Shown one piece after another: positions 47,494-60,667 of a stretch of DNA of 64,000 nt (position 1 is its first letter; each line of letters begins with the position of its first letter). The stretch is taken from NCBI GenBank assembly GCA_035084275.1, contig CM068749.1:15686001-15750000 (forward strand), read 5' to 3'. Source of the DNA: Hydrolagus colliei. Its lineage: Eukaryota. Both the position numbers and the translations under genes were made by a program. The notes below the pieces were generated by a model that was not told where the DNA came from, did no database searches, and worked only from the letters and a program-made list of their open reading frames with translations.

Positions 47494-50400
47494 CACACAG
47501 CATAGGTAGCAATAGTCATATGAAGGAACACAACTTCTTCATAAAAGTCTTTCCTAACAGGACAAGTTTCATTAGACCTGGGAGGAACAGCATTAATGAG
47601 ACAATCAGGACTTAATAGGTTAAAACTCAATTAAACTCTATGGATCATTGCAGTCACAAGCGCAACACTAAATGCACCAAATTGCCAAACTAGCTGCCTT
47701 GCTTTGTTTAATTGTTGTTTATTGGAAAATTGTGACATTAAAAAGTGAATGGGTAAGCTTTACGACGAGTTTATTCCTGCCTAGATCTCAATCCTGTTAA
47801 TTTTACAGTAATAACAAACAATTACAGTTTAATTTGATTCATCCGTATCGGGTCTGAGAGGTGATTAGTTGTCTTGTTTTGAAATCGAGCTCGCACATTT
47901 CAGTCTTGTTTATCTGAGGGTGAAAAATAGATTCATGCTTGCCACAGTGTGTTTTGAAGAGGGGCAAAAAGGGTGTCAGTGCGGCTGAATAAATCTAAAA
48001 TGCAAATCAGTTGCCCAAAATAGTCATTGTGATACATAAAATCTATCAAAGAACACCACATTAAATTCTTGGTGATTATTTGCTAGAATTAGATTATTTG
48101 CCAAATATTGTCAGACTAAAACTGGACGTTTGGTGTGTGCATGGAATAGGAGAGCAAGATAAGAACATTATTAAAGTCATTACCCTGGGGGGATTCACTA
48201 TGCGGGTTACAATATCTCTCTTTTTAAAAGAAAAAACTTTCATTGGCAATAACGCTGTTGAGGCAAAAAGGCCATGTCATGCGATGAGTTAGATGGGCTG
48301 CAATTTGGAACACAGTTTAAAACAAAATTGAGGATAACTACTGGGTTTTCGTGTGATACAATTTTTCACAGTCAGTGACCCAACCAAATAGCAACTGAAC
48401 AACAAAATCACAAGCCGATTGAGGGGGAAAAATAGTCTCATTGGAACCGTTCAGCTATCTGTACAAAGTGCTGAGAAATATCACACGTTTAGCATATTGA
48501 AGAGCTGGATTTCTAGTTTCTAAAGCTCAGTTCTCGAGTGTAGGTACAAATTGTTTGCAGCCACACCTTGCACCCGACATTGCAAGAAGAATGGTTGAGC
48601 TGTTTGGGCATTTTGCTATCTTTCTTCTGGCCCCATGGGATACACTAGCCTGCTGAGGTGTCATTGTGATCATAGGTCACTCTCATTATATAAAACGCAC
48701 AAGACAAGGGGATCTATGGTACTTTTATATACACCAGATGTTCTCACTTTTAGCAGTATGTACAGTTAATTGTTTTTGAAAGGTATTGGATAGACATAAT
48801 GCATGAATTATGGATATAATAGCATATTGAATTGGGATTGTGTTTAGGCAGCAGTTTTGTAATTGCAGTTTTAACAAAAACTGTCTTCAAGTTGATGTCT
48901 CTGAACTCTTGTGCCCAATCATCTAAAGTGAACAAGTAAATTATTGTTCGATAGTTGGGGCTGCAAGTTCCTCAATTTTTCTTTGGAAATTTATATCTTT
49001 CAAAAGAGCCACCACAATATATTCCCAGGTCTATTTGGAAATACTAGTAAACTAATGAATTTACATAAATGCAGTGACTGATCTTCTGATTGTCTTATTT
49101 ACCTTCAGTAAATTGAAATAAATGCTGCCACTGAGATGGTGTGGATCTGAAAAAAAACAATTGATCGAATCAGTGGAAATATGTAATCAAGGATGACCCA
49201 GGTCACTACACAGCCTCAAGTGTATCAGCACATAGTGGAGAACACAAATCTTCATGCAGCACAATTTTAAATTTTAACGGTGTTTGCTACAATAACCATA
49301 ACTAGGTCTCCTATGCATATTTCACAGTGCATTGCACATCTTTAAAATATTGTTGTACCCCATTTTAACCCAGAGCTTACAAATGGACTTTAAAAGCTCC
49401 TCTTCTCTGTGGGCTGATCCACTGTGTCCTACAAATATAGTCACCACACAGTAGAAACTTTATGAAGCCTTTTAAGACATTCTCGATTATACAGGTGCTG
49501 AATCAAATACACGGATTATTATTACTTTCAGCTCATGTATTATTTGTGCTGAGAAATTATGAACATTACAATAACAAAGCTATTAAAACAAGAAAGACCT
49601 ATTAGTGACATATTAATTCTAAACCATCTACTTGAATTGTTAAGCCCAATTTACTAAAATAATTGCAAATCAATACTTGTGCTCACTGTTCCGACACTGC
49701 CAGATACTATAATATATAAAATGTCGCCTGTGCAGAAGAATTGCACAGCCTGATTATTAACCAACCTGCTTAGCCTTGATCCACTAGCCAGTATGAAGAT
49801 TTGACTTAGTTCGATAAATTTAACCAAGTTTGGTACCAGGGTTTAGCCCATTTTCCAAAAGTCGACAGAATATATTTTAAAAAGTCTGCTTCATTTTTTC
49901 ATCTCATTGTCATCATGACGCTGAATTGAAATAAAGAATAAAGAACATTCCATCGTGACACAAAGGTTTGTAAGCAGTAAAGTGAAGCCTAAAACTGTGA
50001 CTGAGTAGTTTAAAGAGTTTTAACATGTGACACAAAAGGGTAATAGACTCGAAGAGGAAGTTGCCATAGAGGGCCGTTGAAGCAAATTGTCTTGATTTCA
50101 ATTCAAGAGGCAACCAGGTGCATTTCTGGAGAAAAGGGGGATCTGTAGGCAACAATTTACAGAATGGTTCAGCTCTATAGATACTGTAATAAGAAAGTGA
50201 GTAGTTGGAGTTGAAAGAGAAAAGAGGGCCAAATAAGATTTCCTTGTCTTTACAATGTTCCGCCTCTGTTATATGCTATTATATGAGATGGCAAGATGGC
50301 ATAAAGCAGAAAACAAATTATCATTTTGAAAATAGTGTAGAAATCTGATGCTCAGAACTTTAAATGATCTGTTTACAGAATTAATCGCTGATACTGCATT

Positions 50401-50619
50401 ACGTATGAAGTAATCAATGGATTGCATACTAATTTTAAAAATTATGAAATGTTGATTTGTATATTTATCTCATGAATGTTAGTGGCAATTTTAAATGCAA
50501 CATTTACACGTTTCTGACAATCCAAAGTCCAAACAATAGTTGTGACCATAAAAATTCTGTATGGTGATTAAACCAATTCCTTGGTTTATCCTTTGACTTT
50601 GTGCTATGTACACAATTCC

Positions 50620-50860
50620 CCCGACGCTTCCACATACTTTCAGCCACTGTACCCCGGCCACAATGTCACACTAATAATAAACCTCTCCACCTTGCCCCTT
50701 CTTTATCTATCTTTAAATCCAATTTTAACATTTAACTTTTAGACTGCACCGAGAGTCAGATTCCTTTCCTCCCCATGTTTGCCATCAATCCCTTCTATTG
50801 TGCAGGTGTCCAACACAGTTTTCTGGGTGAAGGGTGTTATTATAAATACTATTATAGTTT
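50620..50860 (+). mobile_element. Old L2 3' end
   Basis: TAAACCTCTCCACCTT...CTTTAAA and terminal GTGAAGGGTGTTATTATAAATAC. Confidence 0.4.
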
Positions 50861-53800
50861 TTTTTTCCACAGTATCAGATTTTTAGAAACTCAATTACAT
50901 TTTGAAAGAGGACTGTCTTAGTTGGTCCTGGGTCATGGAGTTAAACTATCACAATTGGCCCAGGTTTGACTTTCCATGTGTAGTGGCATTATTTGGAGTC
51001 CTCGGGGCTGCACAGGAAATAAATTGTATTTATTACCTAAAGACAGGAAGAAATTAAAAAAGATTAGCTTTCTAATTTTGGCTAAATAGAAAACATATCT
51101 ATTTGGAGTAATCGGTTTCACGGTAAAAACAACAAAGCTTTATGTGAATCAGACATTGGATTTGCATCAGGAAATGTATGGCTTTGTTGCTTTTACAGAT
51201 AATTTTTATTTGTGTGGTTATATCTTTATTTTGAAATACAGGTCAACCTATATGTTACCCAATATTTTACAATAGACATTACATGTAAAAAAAAATAACC
51301 CTCGAGTTCCCCTGGAAAAGCTGAATGCTTTCTTGTTTGTGGTTAAAAAAAAGCTCATTGCTTCTAACAAGATCAGACACCCACATTACAGATCTGGATC
51401 CAATCTTTATTGAAAATAGCAATGACTCAAGATATTATGCTATCTTTGTGTCTTTTTGGACCTTGTTTCTCAACCACTGCTTTGAACAAGACTAAGGATA
51501 TCCTGCTCTTGTAATTTGGCTTACATTGCGAGCAATATTATTTTGCTGCTTTATTCATTTAAAGATTCATACTTAAACAAAAATGAGGCATTTTTTGGTC
51601 CTTAGTTTTTTTGGTTCCATACAGGACAGTATACCTATCCTCCACTATCACTTCAAGAGACCTAAAATACTTCTTTGTGAAACATGTAATGAATGCATTG
51701 AAGACTCAATAGATGAAAAGCCTGATGATTCCTGTCTGTGTGGCATAAAATGTGAAATGCTTAAAAGATAATGTTTGGTTCCTCAGTAATCACCGATGTT
51801 AAATGAGCAGGAGCACTCTGCATTTTGGAGCATCATTGCACTAGTCACGGTTTTGATTATAATTGAACAAATGTAACAGATTTTATCTTTAGATACCACA
51901 ATGCTTCAGAAATCTACTGCAAAACTTTGGTAAACAATTTCATGTAATAAAGGCCTGGTTCTAACTTATTAGATCAAAACCTTATTGCAGCCATATGAAA
52001 ATGGATTGTGAAGGATTTGCAGGATTTTGTTTGCGATTTTTCTGTTTGATAATGGTGAATTTAGGCATTTGCCTACAAGATGCAGTCTTTCCTCTTGAGA
52101 AACAATAGCAAATGCAAGAATTATTATCAATGATAAATTTAGTGGAAGGAACTGCAGTTTCAGATAATGTTGCATCGCTCCCAAATGATGAGTTGATTGC
52201 TGATGTGATTTGGGTCTTGATTCGTAGATTTATATTGTGGAAAAATGGAAACACAATTTCCAAATCTGTGCAGGCATATTTTTGCTGCTTTACTAACCAC
52301 TGAAGCAGTCTGTGAATAAAGAGACTATGTTTTTCCTGTATTCATGCATCCTTTTTTCAGTCATTTGTTTTATTTTTCTGTGTTTTGGTGTAGTCTTTTT
52401 TCAGTCATTTGTTTTGCACTCTTTAGGACCTCTCAGCCGTAACCCACAAACAAGACGTTGAGCTGGTGACCCATTTCCAAGATCCTATTATTCAGTTCTT
52501 GAACTCACTGTTGGGAGACATTCGAAAGCTATGCAGCTTGATCCATCCTCCAGTTTTCTCTCTCCCTCTAGAGTCTCAGTCTCAGACAGCTCAGACAGAC
52601 TGCACACTATGGCAGGAGATATTAGCACACCAACACATTGCTTCATTGGGCTAGTCATTGAAGTTGTTTTTGTACATCCACTCGAAGGTAATCTTTTGCC
52701 TACTTTCTGTTAAAATATGACATTTGAATAGGGAAAACTCTTTGCCTTTTAAAGACTAAATAAGTTGACTTGTTCTCTAAACCAGCAGGGCTGCTCAGGT
52801 AATGCCTCACAGCTCTGTTGTGTGAAGATGTCTCAATGTATTTCCCCAGAAAGGGAAAGCAACACTTCCCAAATAATGTCTTAAATGTTTATTATTTTTG
52901 GCTCAGACTACTCTGCTCACAGGATATTGGGTAAATAGTGCCAGAAATCCTTCACTATCCCCACATAAAGTTATTTGGCATATTTTTGAAGGCACAAAAA
53001 ACACAGAAGTAATTGGCACAACATTTTTTCAATAAACCATTCCTTGAAGCAATGATCTGGGCTTGCAGCTTGTGACCTCTGGAAATCTCATAATTTATAA
53101 AACTTTATTTTATGTTAAACACATTCATATATTAGGAATAATAGGTTCTCCAGAGAGATGTGATTTACTGCTGCATGAGAGAGTGTTGGCGTATTGTTCT
53201 AATGCATTACATCAATAAATGTTAACCATCTGTAACTTAATTATTGCTATTATTAAACCTTAGAGGGCTGTAGTGGCATTTCTTCCAGCATTCTATTTCA
53301 GCGGATCTAGTCTGAAGCAACTATATGTAAAATTATTACAATATAATTGAATATTTTATGGAAATTATTGTATTTTACATAATAGGGTGCGGCAAATGTG
53401 TACATAACTTGCACGGCTTTTTTTTGAGTACTTGCCAGCTGTCTCATTCGTAATGACATTGTCTTCTGGAAATTGATCCTTGGTTGTATAATGTTTTTGC
53501 TTCTTAGATCAGTTCACAGGGTAATGTTAGCTTTTTATGATGATGGGGATTTCGAATGCAGACATTGCTTGCTTAATTTATGCTCAAGTCATTGGTGCTG
53601 GGAAGAGATTCCTTGGGTTGCTTGAAGTAATGAGAGGCTCATTGTGTAAAAATGTAGGGGGAAAAGGTCAGATGGGGACACACTGGAGTGACCAGAGTGG
53701 AGTAATTAGAGCTTGGATTGAATGATCAATGGAATGTAAATGGAGCTAGGCATCTTTGCTCGGCATTTGATGTAGACCAACTAAATTTGGTTGCATCTCT

Positions 53801-54404
53801 TCCAAAAATTGTGGTGATTGTTTGAATGTTTATGTGGAGAATCAGCCCCCCCAAAAAAAATCACAAGAGGATTGTATCTCTGTGATTGTATAAAATATCC
53901 TATGTTTGATGCGTTGACTGCTTCTAACAGGTGGGAAAGAACTTCAACAACCAGAGTTGAGAGGGGACAGACCCCAGTGGTCAAACATGTCACCGTGTAG
54001 ATCACCTGCACGACTTCATTGGACAGTTGTTATTTGATTGGATACTTTCCAGCCTTGTGTTAAAATAAAACCTGGATATGCTATTTGTCTTAAGTTCCTC
54101 TTTCTCTGAGATTTTCCTATATTTTTGCTCGAAAAACTTGCAGTATGAGATGAGAGGTGGCAAAACTGACATAAACCACACAAAGGGCAGAGATGGCTGG
54201 TGATACATCTCTGTGGGAGACAAGAAAGTTTGTCAGGGTCTTGGTGGCCAGCCAAGACCCCAGTCAGTTTGAATTCTGTTCCGTCACCAAGGCAGATTGT
54301 TTGGTCAAAATATAATTCCCCTTTGGCAATGCTCTCATTTGATATTAAGTGTCAAAATAGTTTTAATCTTTGGATACATAACCTTTGCGCACAGATTATA
54401 ATGC

Positions 54405-54690
54405 TAAGCGAGTTGCTTATTTGGTTGATTCGGTACTGGTAGTCTGAACAATGCAAAGTCCCAGGTTTGACCCAGGAGTGTTGTAATTGATCCCACTGCT
54501 CCCAAGGCATTCCAAGGAAAAATAGGTTTACGTCTGTATGTTGGTTGCACGTTGGTTAATGGCACGATCAAGGGTGGCAGTGGGGATTGCCACAATCCTC
54601 CAGGCTACATACTGAGAACACCTCACATATGTTGAAGCATTCTCCAACACTTGTCAACACCTTCTGGAGGAGAGAGGGGAAAAAATGTGA
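54405..54690 (+). mobile_element. AmnSINE2-like ancient SINE (head plus 3' end)
   Basis: GTCCCAGGTTTGACCC, GGGTGGCAGTGGGG..CACAAT and terminal GTCAACACCTTC.GGAGGAGAGAGGGGAAAAAA, matching the end of the copy at 34395-34420. Confidence 0.45.
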
Positions 54691-54725
54691 CACTAATAGA
54701 AAAGTAGCCCAGTAATGAAATACCA

Positions 54726-54871
54726 TAATAATCCTTGCATTTGATATAGCAGTTTTCACATCTTCTAGACGTCTCAAAGCACTTCACAGAATATGCTGAA
54801 AAATGAATTGACTGTATTTTGTGGGTAAAACGTGGCAGCCACAAACAGCCGTTGATTGAAATGACCAATTT
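54726..54871 (-). mobile_element. SINE family A 3' half
   Basis: AATCCTTGCATTTGATATAGC...TCTAGACGTCTCAAAGCACTTCACAG. Confidence 0.9.
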
Positions 54872-54884
54872 ATTATTATTTTAG

Positions 54885-55410
54885 GAAAGTGAGCAGGGAG
54901 GTCTGTTGGATTGCATGAGATAACAGAGATAGGGTGGGATGAGGGTATGGAAGAAATTAAAAGTGAACATGAGGGTCGTGCTGGTGGTTTTTAAAGCATG
55001 TATTGGGGAGGGAAAGTACTGCAGTGGTGGAGATGTGGTTGTTGATATTGGCTAGGAGGGGAAGCTTGGAGGCCGGTTGTGGTGTATGGATTGGGTCAAG
55101 GGAGCAGATTGTGTGGTTCATACAGGAAATAAGGGAGAAGGGAAAGACAAGTTTGGAGGTCTGATAGGCAGGGCAAGTGGAGTCCATGCGATGGGTTGGG
55201 AAGATTCTCGAGGTGGTAGAGAGGGTGGAGGCAGCAGCGTCACTGGGGAAAGTAGTAGCAGTTGAGTGAATCTTCTTGAGGATGGACTCAGTGCAGATGT
55301 CAATGTTGGAAATACAAACTAAAGTGAGACGTTCATTCATTTTAACGACAGAAGGAGGAAAAGTGGCTTGAAAGCAGTTAGTGGGGATTTAAAAGTCTCG
55401 GAGGCTGGAT
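54885..55410 (-). mobile_element. Decayed L2 ORF2 internal fragment (endonuclease and downstream region)
   Basis: Strongly purine-skewed plus strand; patchy similarity of minus frames to the L2 EN and linker region. Confidence 0.45.
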
Positions 55411-56787
55411 TGTATTAATTATTCTAATATATTCCTTAACCAGGCTAGAATGCTGACAAAGGATTCTGAGCTGGACAATTGCAAGAAAAATAAACTGCCC
55501 TTTCTCAACATCTCTTAGGAATATTTTACCTCTGTTTTGGGATTGCTCATATCTCAACCATCAAAGCAACATCTACTAGACCAGAGCCATTGCCACATTC
55601 AAATACCATATAATCATTAACAGGCCCTTGCAGCACAACAAATCTATTTCCGAAACGTAAGGAAATGTTGGTGGAATGCCAAATTGTTAAAGCTTTGTCA
55701 GGAGCAAGTGGTTTTCTTTCATTGTAGATTCATTAAAATTGGTGGTTTCTTGAACTTTGAGGTGTTTTTAATACCATAAATTGCTGCATGTCAGGAACTT
55801 AGTTCAAATTTGAACAAGGATCATTGTTATTCAACTTGCCTGCCCATGTCATTCATGCTTCTGGCACCTGAAATTACAGGCCCTTTTTGTGAAATTGGGG
55901 ACTTAAACAAGAGCAAGATGCATACAGTTACAGGGAATCTCCAGTGGCCATTATTCCGGCATAACATTTCAGTTACTAAAACGTCATTAAAATATTTTTT
56001 ATCTAGTCATGTATAGAATGTACAAACAGACAACATGTCTGCAAAAGGTTAATTATTTGCCTTTTTTAAAAAAAAAGAAAGCTGTGCATTGGTCCTGTCA
56101 TTTTCGAAAAACATGAAAAATATGACGATATTTAATCTTCGACCTTGAAAGGAAATGTGTTACAATTGCATCTTCTGCAATTTAACAAAAAATGGATTTG
56201 TTATACCACTTCAAGTACATTTGTACATCAGTATTTGTCAAAAAATGCCTAACCTGTTTCTTATCACAATAGTTTCATTGATCAGGAAGATTTCCCATCA
56301 AAATTACACAGGGGTCTTTAATCGAACTGTTGTTGAAAATAACGTGAACAGTATATTGAATAGAATCATTCATTGAGAAGCAGGAATGGTAAATTTGTTT
56401 CACATTTTGCTGGAATACAAACAATATTTTTGGCAGTCAAGAGTCACCAACAGGGTTTTCTTTGCTCTGAATTATTTTGTCAAGTGAGCCACAGTGTAAT
56501 AAGAAAAGTGTCTTATTTGCTTCCTGAAATGTTGTCAAGCATGATGTTGACTGTATTATCTTCGCAATATAATTGGCCTCATAAATGGGCATTAGTGCGT
56601 GATAAAATGTTATATTCCTGAAATGAGCATGGCAGATCGAAGGATGCGCTGTGTGAGGGTTCTTAATGGCTGCATGCTGCCACATTCTTGGAATGAATTT
56701 CAGAATCAACCTATTTACTTGTGGTTTTCAGAGTGTGATGACGGCAGCAGTGTTTGTTTTGTACGACTCAGTTGAAGCATTATATCA

Positions 56788-56999
56788 GGGACAAATTCCA
56801 CCCAGGTCTCGACATCCAACTCTATTTATGCAGCATTGCTGAATTCAATGTTAACTTTGAAGTTGGTTTTCTTTAATTATTCAAAGATGTCCAGAGAAAC
56901 GGCTTCAAGATTAAGGCTGTTTTGAAGAATTTGTCAGTTTTGGAAAGCTGTGAAATGTTACAGAACAGAGTAAATCTAGACCTAGATGGAATTTCTCCC
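56788..56999. mobile_element. 212-bp MITE with GGG...CCC termini
   Basis: TIR GGGACAAATTCCACCCAGGTCTCGA versus the reverse-complemented right end GGGAGAAATTCCATCTAGGTCTAGA (21/25 identical). Confidence 0.7.
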
Positions 57000-57025
57000 G
57001 TGTGTGGGCAAGTTTCAATCTGATA

Positions 57026-57138
57026 AATAATAAGAATGATAAACCTTGCATTTGATATAGCGCCTTATCACGTCTTATAGACGTCTCAAAGTGCTTCACA
57101 GAACATAAGTGAATTAACTTTGTTTTGTAGGCGAAACC
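57026..57138 (-). mobile_element. SINE family A 3' tail
   Basis: CCTTGCATTTGATATAGCGCCTTATCACGTCTTATAGACGTCTCAAAGTGCTTCACAG. Confidence 0.9.
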
Positions 57139-58734
57139 ACTGGGAGTAAATCTTGTGGCGTTTACTGTCTGCATGTTTTTTTGCAAACCAGACTTTTAAA
57201 TAATCTACAAGTCTGTGTGTAAATGTAGCACAGATCTATAGATTATCAATAAACACTTGAAAGCAACAATTAAGTACTTGTAAGGAATCATCTTCATGTA
57301 TTGAGTTCCCAAGACTTTAACAAAATGGTAACTTGCTGGTGCTGTGCTTCAGGGAAACTGTTAGTAATTTTAGAATTATTGGATATTCGAAAAACTATAA
57401 AGTGAACAACACTAAATCGCACAGTACTTCTTGCCTAGTAAATCTGGCACCTTAGCTATCCATATTCTTAACAATTTATCAATATTAAACTTGTCACCTT
57501 GCCTTAATGAACAGCATATTGAGTACAGAAAATATTACTACTGTTCTAATGAGTAGCATTATTGATGACAAGTTGTTAGTGCAGCAAAGAACCTACAGAG
57601 ATCTTTACAGTTGCATTTTATTGCTATAAAAGCTATCATGGTCTTCGATAGCTAAGGATGCAGACAGCTGGTGGCATTGCTTTCCGTGAATATGAAATCT
57701 GATGCTGAACATTAGCATATAAACAGAGTTGTTGAATGGCCAATGCTAGGAATACTGAAATGGCTGCTGCATGGTAAGCACTGATCTTTCATCCGGGCGT
57801 CAGGTGAAGTGACTATGTAATGGTACAAATAGCGCTGCAACTGTAGCCTGCAAATTAAAAACAAAGCAAGCATTCCTTCTGCCGGGAATGGAGAATGGAA
57901 TAAGTACAATGTATTCAGGAGGACATCAAAATTCTAATTACATTTGCATTATTTCAAGGGCACCAGAAAGCTTTGAAGAAACTTACTCTTAACGAAGCGA
58001 GCCTTTTAGGATGAAGTGACACATTTTCCTCTTTCTAATTAACAAATGATAAGCTAAGCTTCCTAATGTCGAAGCATATTAATCAGCATTATTTAACAAA
58101 GAGCTCTCTGAACAGAACATTTGCTGTTTAAAATTGCCTGTGTTAATTCATCTGTGATTTTTTGTTCACCCCCGTTCTCTCAATATTCTAACACTGTGGT
58201 GTTGTGGTCACTGGAGGGCAGCCATCGTCTGTAGCCACGGCAGACATTGGTGCTTTGTAAAATGACTGCCCAATTGCAGGCACATTTAGCATGCCCTTAG
58301 ATCTTGCCCCACGTCTCTGCTATGTTAATTTGCAATGCTTGTGACAGTCCATCTACTCCATTCAAGGCCACATGTTCAGGAATGAGTAGTGTGTTTTCTG
58401 GCCTTTTCATGAGGCACAGGAGCTTGTAACCATAGTGAAAGGAACGCAGTGTGGCAGAAATTGACTGAGCTTTTTGATCAAAGACGAACTGACAGCTCCT
58501 CAGCACATCCTTATCTTCATTGCCCTGTCATGGGAAGAAGGTTACGAATTGCAGAAGGAATATGTACATGGTCCTGGCACTGCTTTGACAATTTCTGCAA
58601 AATAAATGTTGTGGTGTTTCATTCATCTCCTTGTGGCTGTCAAGTTTCAAGTGAAGTGGGATTTTTCATTTTCAATATGCATAATTGTCAGGGAATCTAC
58701 ATCTGTACATCCATTTTAATTTAAGCTTTACACT

Positions 58735-58775
58735 TCATTATTAATTTGCATAAGCAAAATGCTGTCAATCATCAG
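58735..58775. promoter_or_regulatory. POU octamer plus PBX-MEIS/PKNOX decamer pair (candidate conserved enhancer core)
   Basis: ATTTGCAT at 58744-58751 and CTGTCAATCA (reverse complement TGATTGACAG) at 58762-58771. Confidence 0.45.
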
Positions 58776-59547
58776 CAATTCCAAGATGTATTTCAAAAAC
58801 ATGTTATTTAGCATTTTATACAGAGAAATGTATGTCGCTTCAGAGTATTATTGACATGCACTAACCTGCTTCTTTTGAATTGAATTTTAAGTTTATCTAA
58901 CCTGCTTCAATGTATGTTTGTGCATGCATTAAATAGGATATCTTCTGAATCTTTCCCAATTCGGCTAGAATTAGCTCATTACTTGTGAGATAATTATGAC
59001 TTCTTAGCCCTATCTTAGCGGATATCAAAATTGACCAGTTTCCATCATTATGTTAGGGCAATGTGCTGAATTACCAGTATCGACCTTCCACACTCCTAGT
59101 AAATCTGCATTATAACAGAATTCTTTTTTAATCTTGCTGGAGGTCTGCGGCTATGTAAAACTGAGGATTAATAAGGAAATAAAAACTCACATTGAACCTG
59201 ATGTATTGATGTAGATCTCCTGTTATTTAGATTTATCAAAAATGTAAAATGGCACGTTTTTGAGATTTAACAATCGAAGTGGAAAGATTTAAAGGAAGGT
59301 AAACAAATGATCATGTTTTTATATTGAACACAACTTTAAGGTTTGCTGACGGGATGAACCACAAGATTTTTGTAGAACCACATGTGATATGCCGTTGCAC
59401 TCTTCTTTTGAGACTTTGTTTAAAGGGTAAAGTTCTTTTTTTAATTTTGTTGGGAAAAGCAATAGGGTTGCTCTGATTTTTGTTGGATGTTTTTTAGAAA
59501 TGTAGGGGAAGAATCAAGGAACGTAGTGTATGAATCCATCAAGGCTG

Positions 59548-59879
59548 AATAATAATAACAATCCTTACATGTGATATAGTAACTCATCACATTCAAATGG
59601 CTCGAAGCAATTCACAGAGGTTTTTTTCTGTAAGATGTTGACTGTATATGTGCAGGTGAATGCAGCAGTCAATTTGTGCCCAGCAATATCCCACAACCAG
59701 ACAAAAAGTAAAAACATCACTTTACCAGATACCGGAACAAACTCTCTTCCCTTTTTGAATACTGTCAATGGGATCTTTAACATCCAACTAAACAGGCAGA
59801 GAGTATCTTAGCTCTGCTTCTCATCTGAAGCATGGCACCTCTGACAATGCAATATTCCCTCAGCCCTGCATAGGATCAG
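59548..59879 (-). mobile_element. Deu-domain SINE lacking its head
   Basis: GGGATCTTTAACATCCA...TCTCATCTGAAG.ATGGCACCTCTGACAATGCA plus tail. Confidence 0.82.
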
Positions 59880-59926
59880 TATGACAATTCCCACAAGGAG
59901 AAATTAGCTGAATCTCGATGTAGGAG

Positions 59927-60263
59927 TTGAGCTCCTGTGGCGTAGTGGTTTGAGCACTTGTCTTGCAAGCTGGGGAGACCAAGCTGGGGAGATCTGTGTT
60001 CGAATCCAGGCAGATCAGGGTGAAACCTTGGGCAAGTTTCCTTACTCCACACGCCTAATAATAATCCATCCCAAACAAAATCCACAATAATAAAATTAGT
60101 CATTTCAGTTCATGACTTTTTGTGGAACACTGCTGTGCACAATTGGCTGCCACGATTCACCCACTAATATACAGACAATTCACATTACAGTATATTCTGT
60201 GAAGCACTTTGGGACACCGATAGATGTGAAAAGCACTGTATCAAATGCAAGGATTATTATTAT
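59927..60263 (+). mobile_element. SINE family A, full length, with a 14-bp tandem duplication in the head
   Basis: B box GTTCGAATCC, body and tail; CAAGCTGGGGAGA duplicated. Confidence 0.92.
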
Positions 60264-60555
60264 ATTAAGCCATACCAGAATTATGATTTTAAAACCTTTG
60301 CAGATTGTAAGAAAGAGGTAAAACTGAGGGAGGTAAATAAATGTCAAATAGTCCTGAGATCTGAAAATGAATACATAGACTGTTCAACACATTTTTCGAA
60401 CAGAGGCAGGAGAAATAATATGTAGGATGGTTTTATTTGGAGTATGGAAGAAATCAGAGAATACAATTGTAGAGGAATAAACACTGCAGTTGTATCAATA
60501 ATACATTCGGGTTCTAATAAATGAAGTCTTCAAGAGGAAAGCACTTCCTATATCC

Positions 60556-60667
60556 ATTTCGCCCACACGTATCCAGTCAATTTACTTTACAGTATATTCT
60601 GCGAAGTGCTTTGAGACATCTAGAAGACATGAAAAGCACCAAAGCAAATGCAAGGATTATTACTATT
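60556..60667 (+). mobile_element. SINE family A 3' tail
   Basis: TTTCGCCCAC...GTGCTTTGAGACATCTAGAAGACATGAAAAGC...GCAAGGATTATT. Confidence 0.88.

Noticed and set aside
53729-53739. TGGAATGTAAA, the miR-1 5' end
   Set aside because: The match ends after 11 nt and there is no star-arm hairpin.
54957-55340. 127-aa minus-strand ORF
   Set aside because: Compositionally skewed and best explained as decayed L2 sequence.
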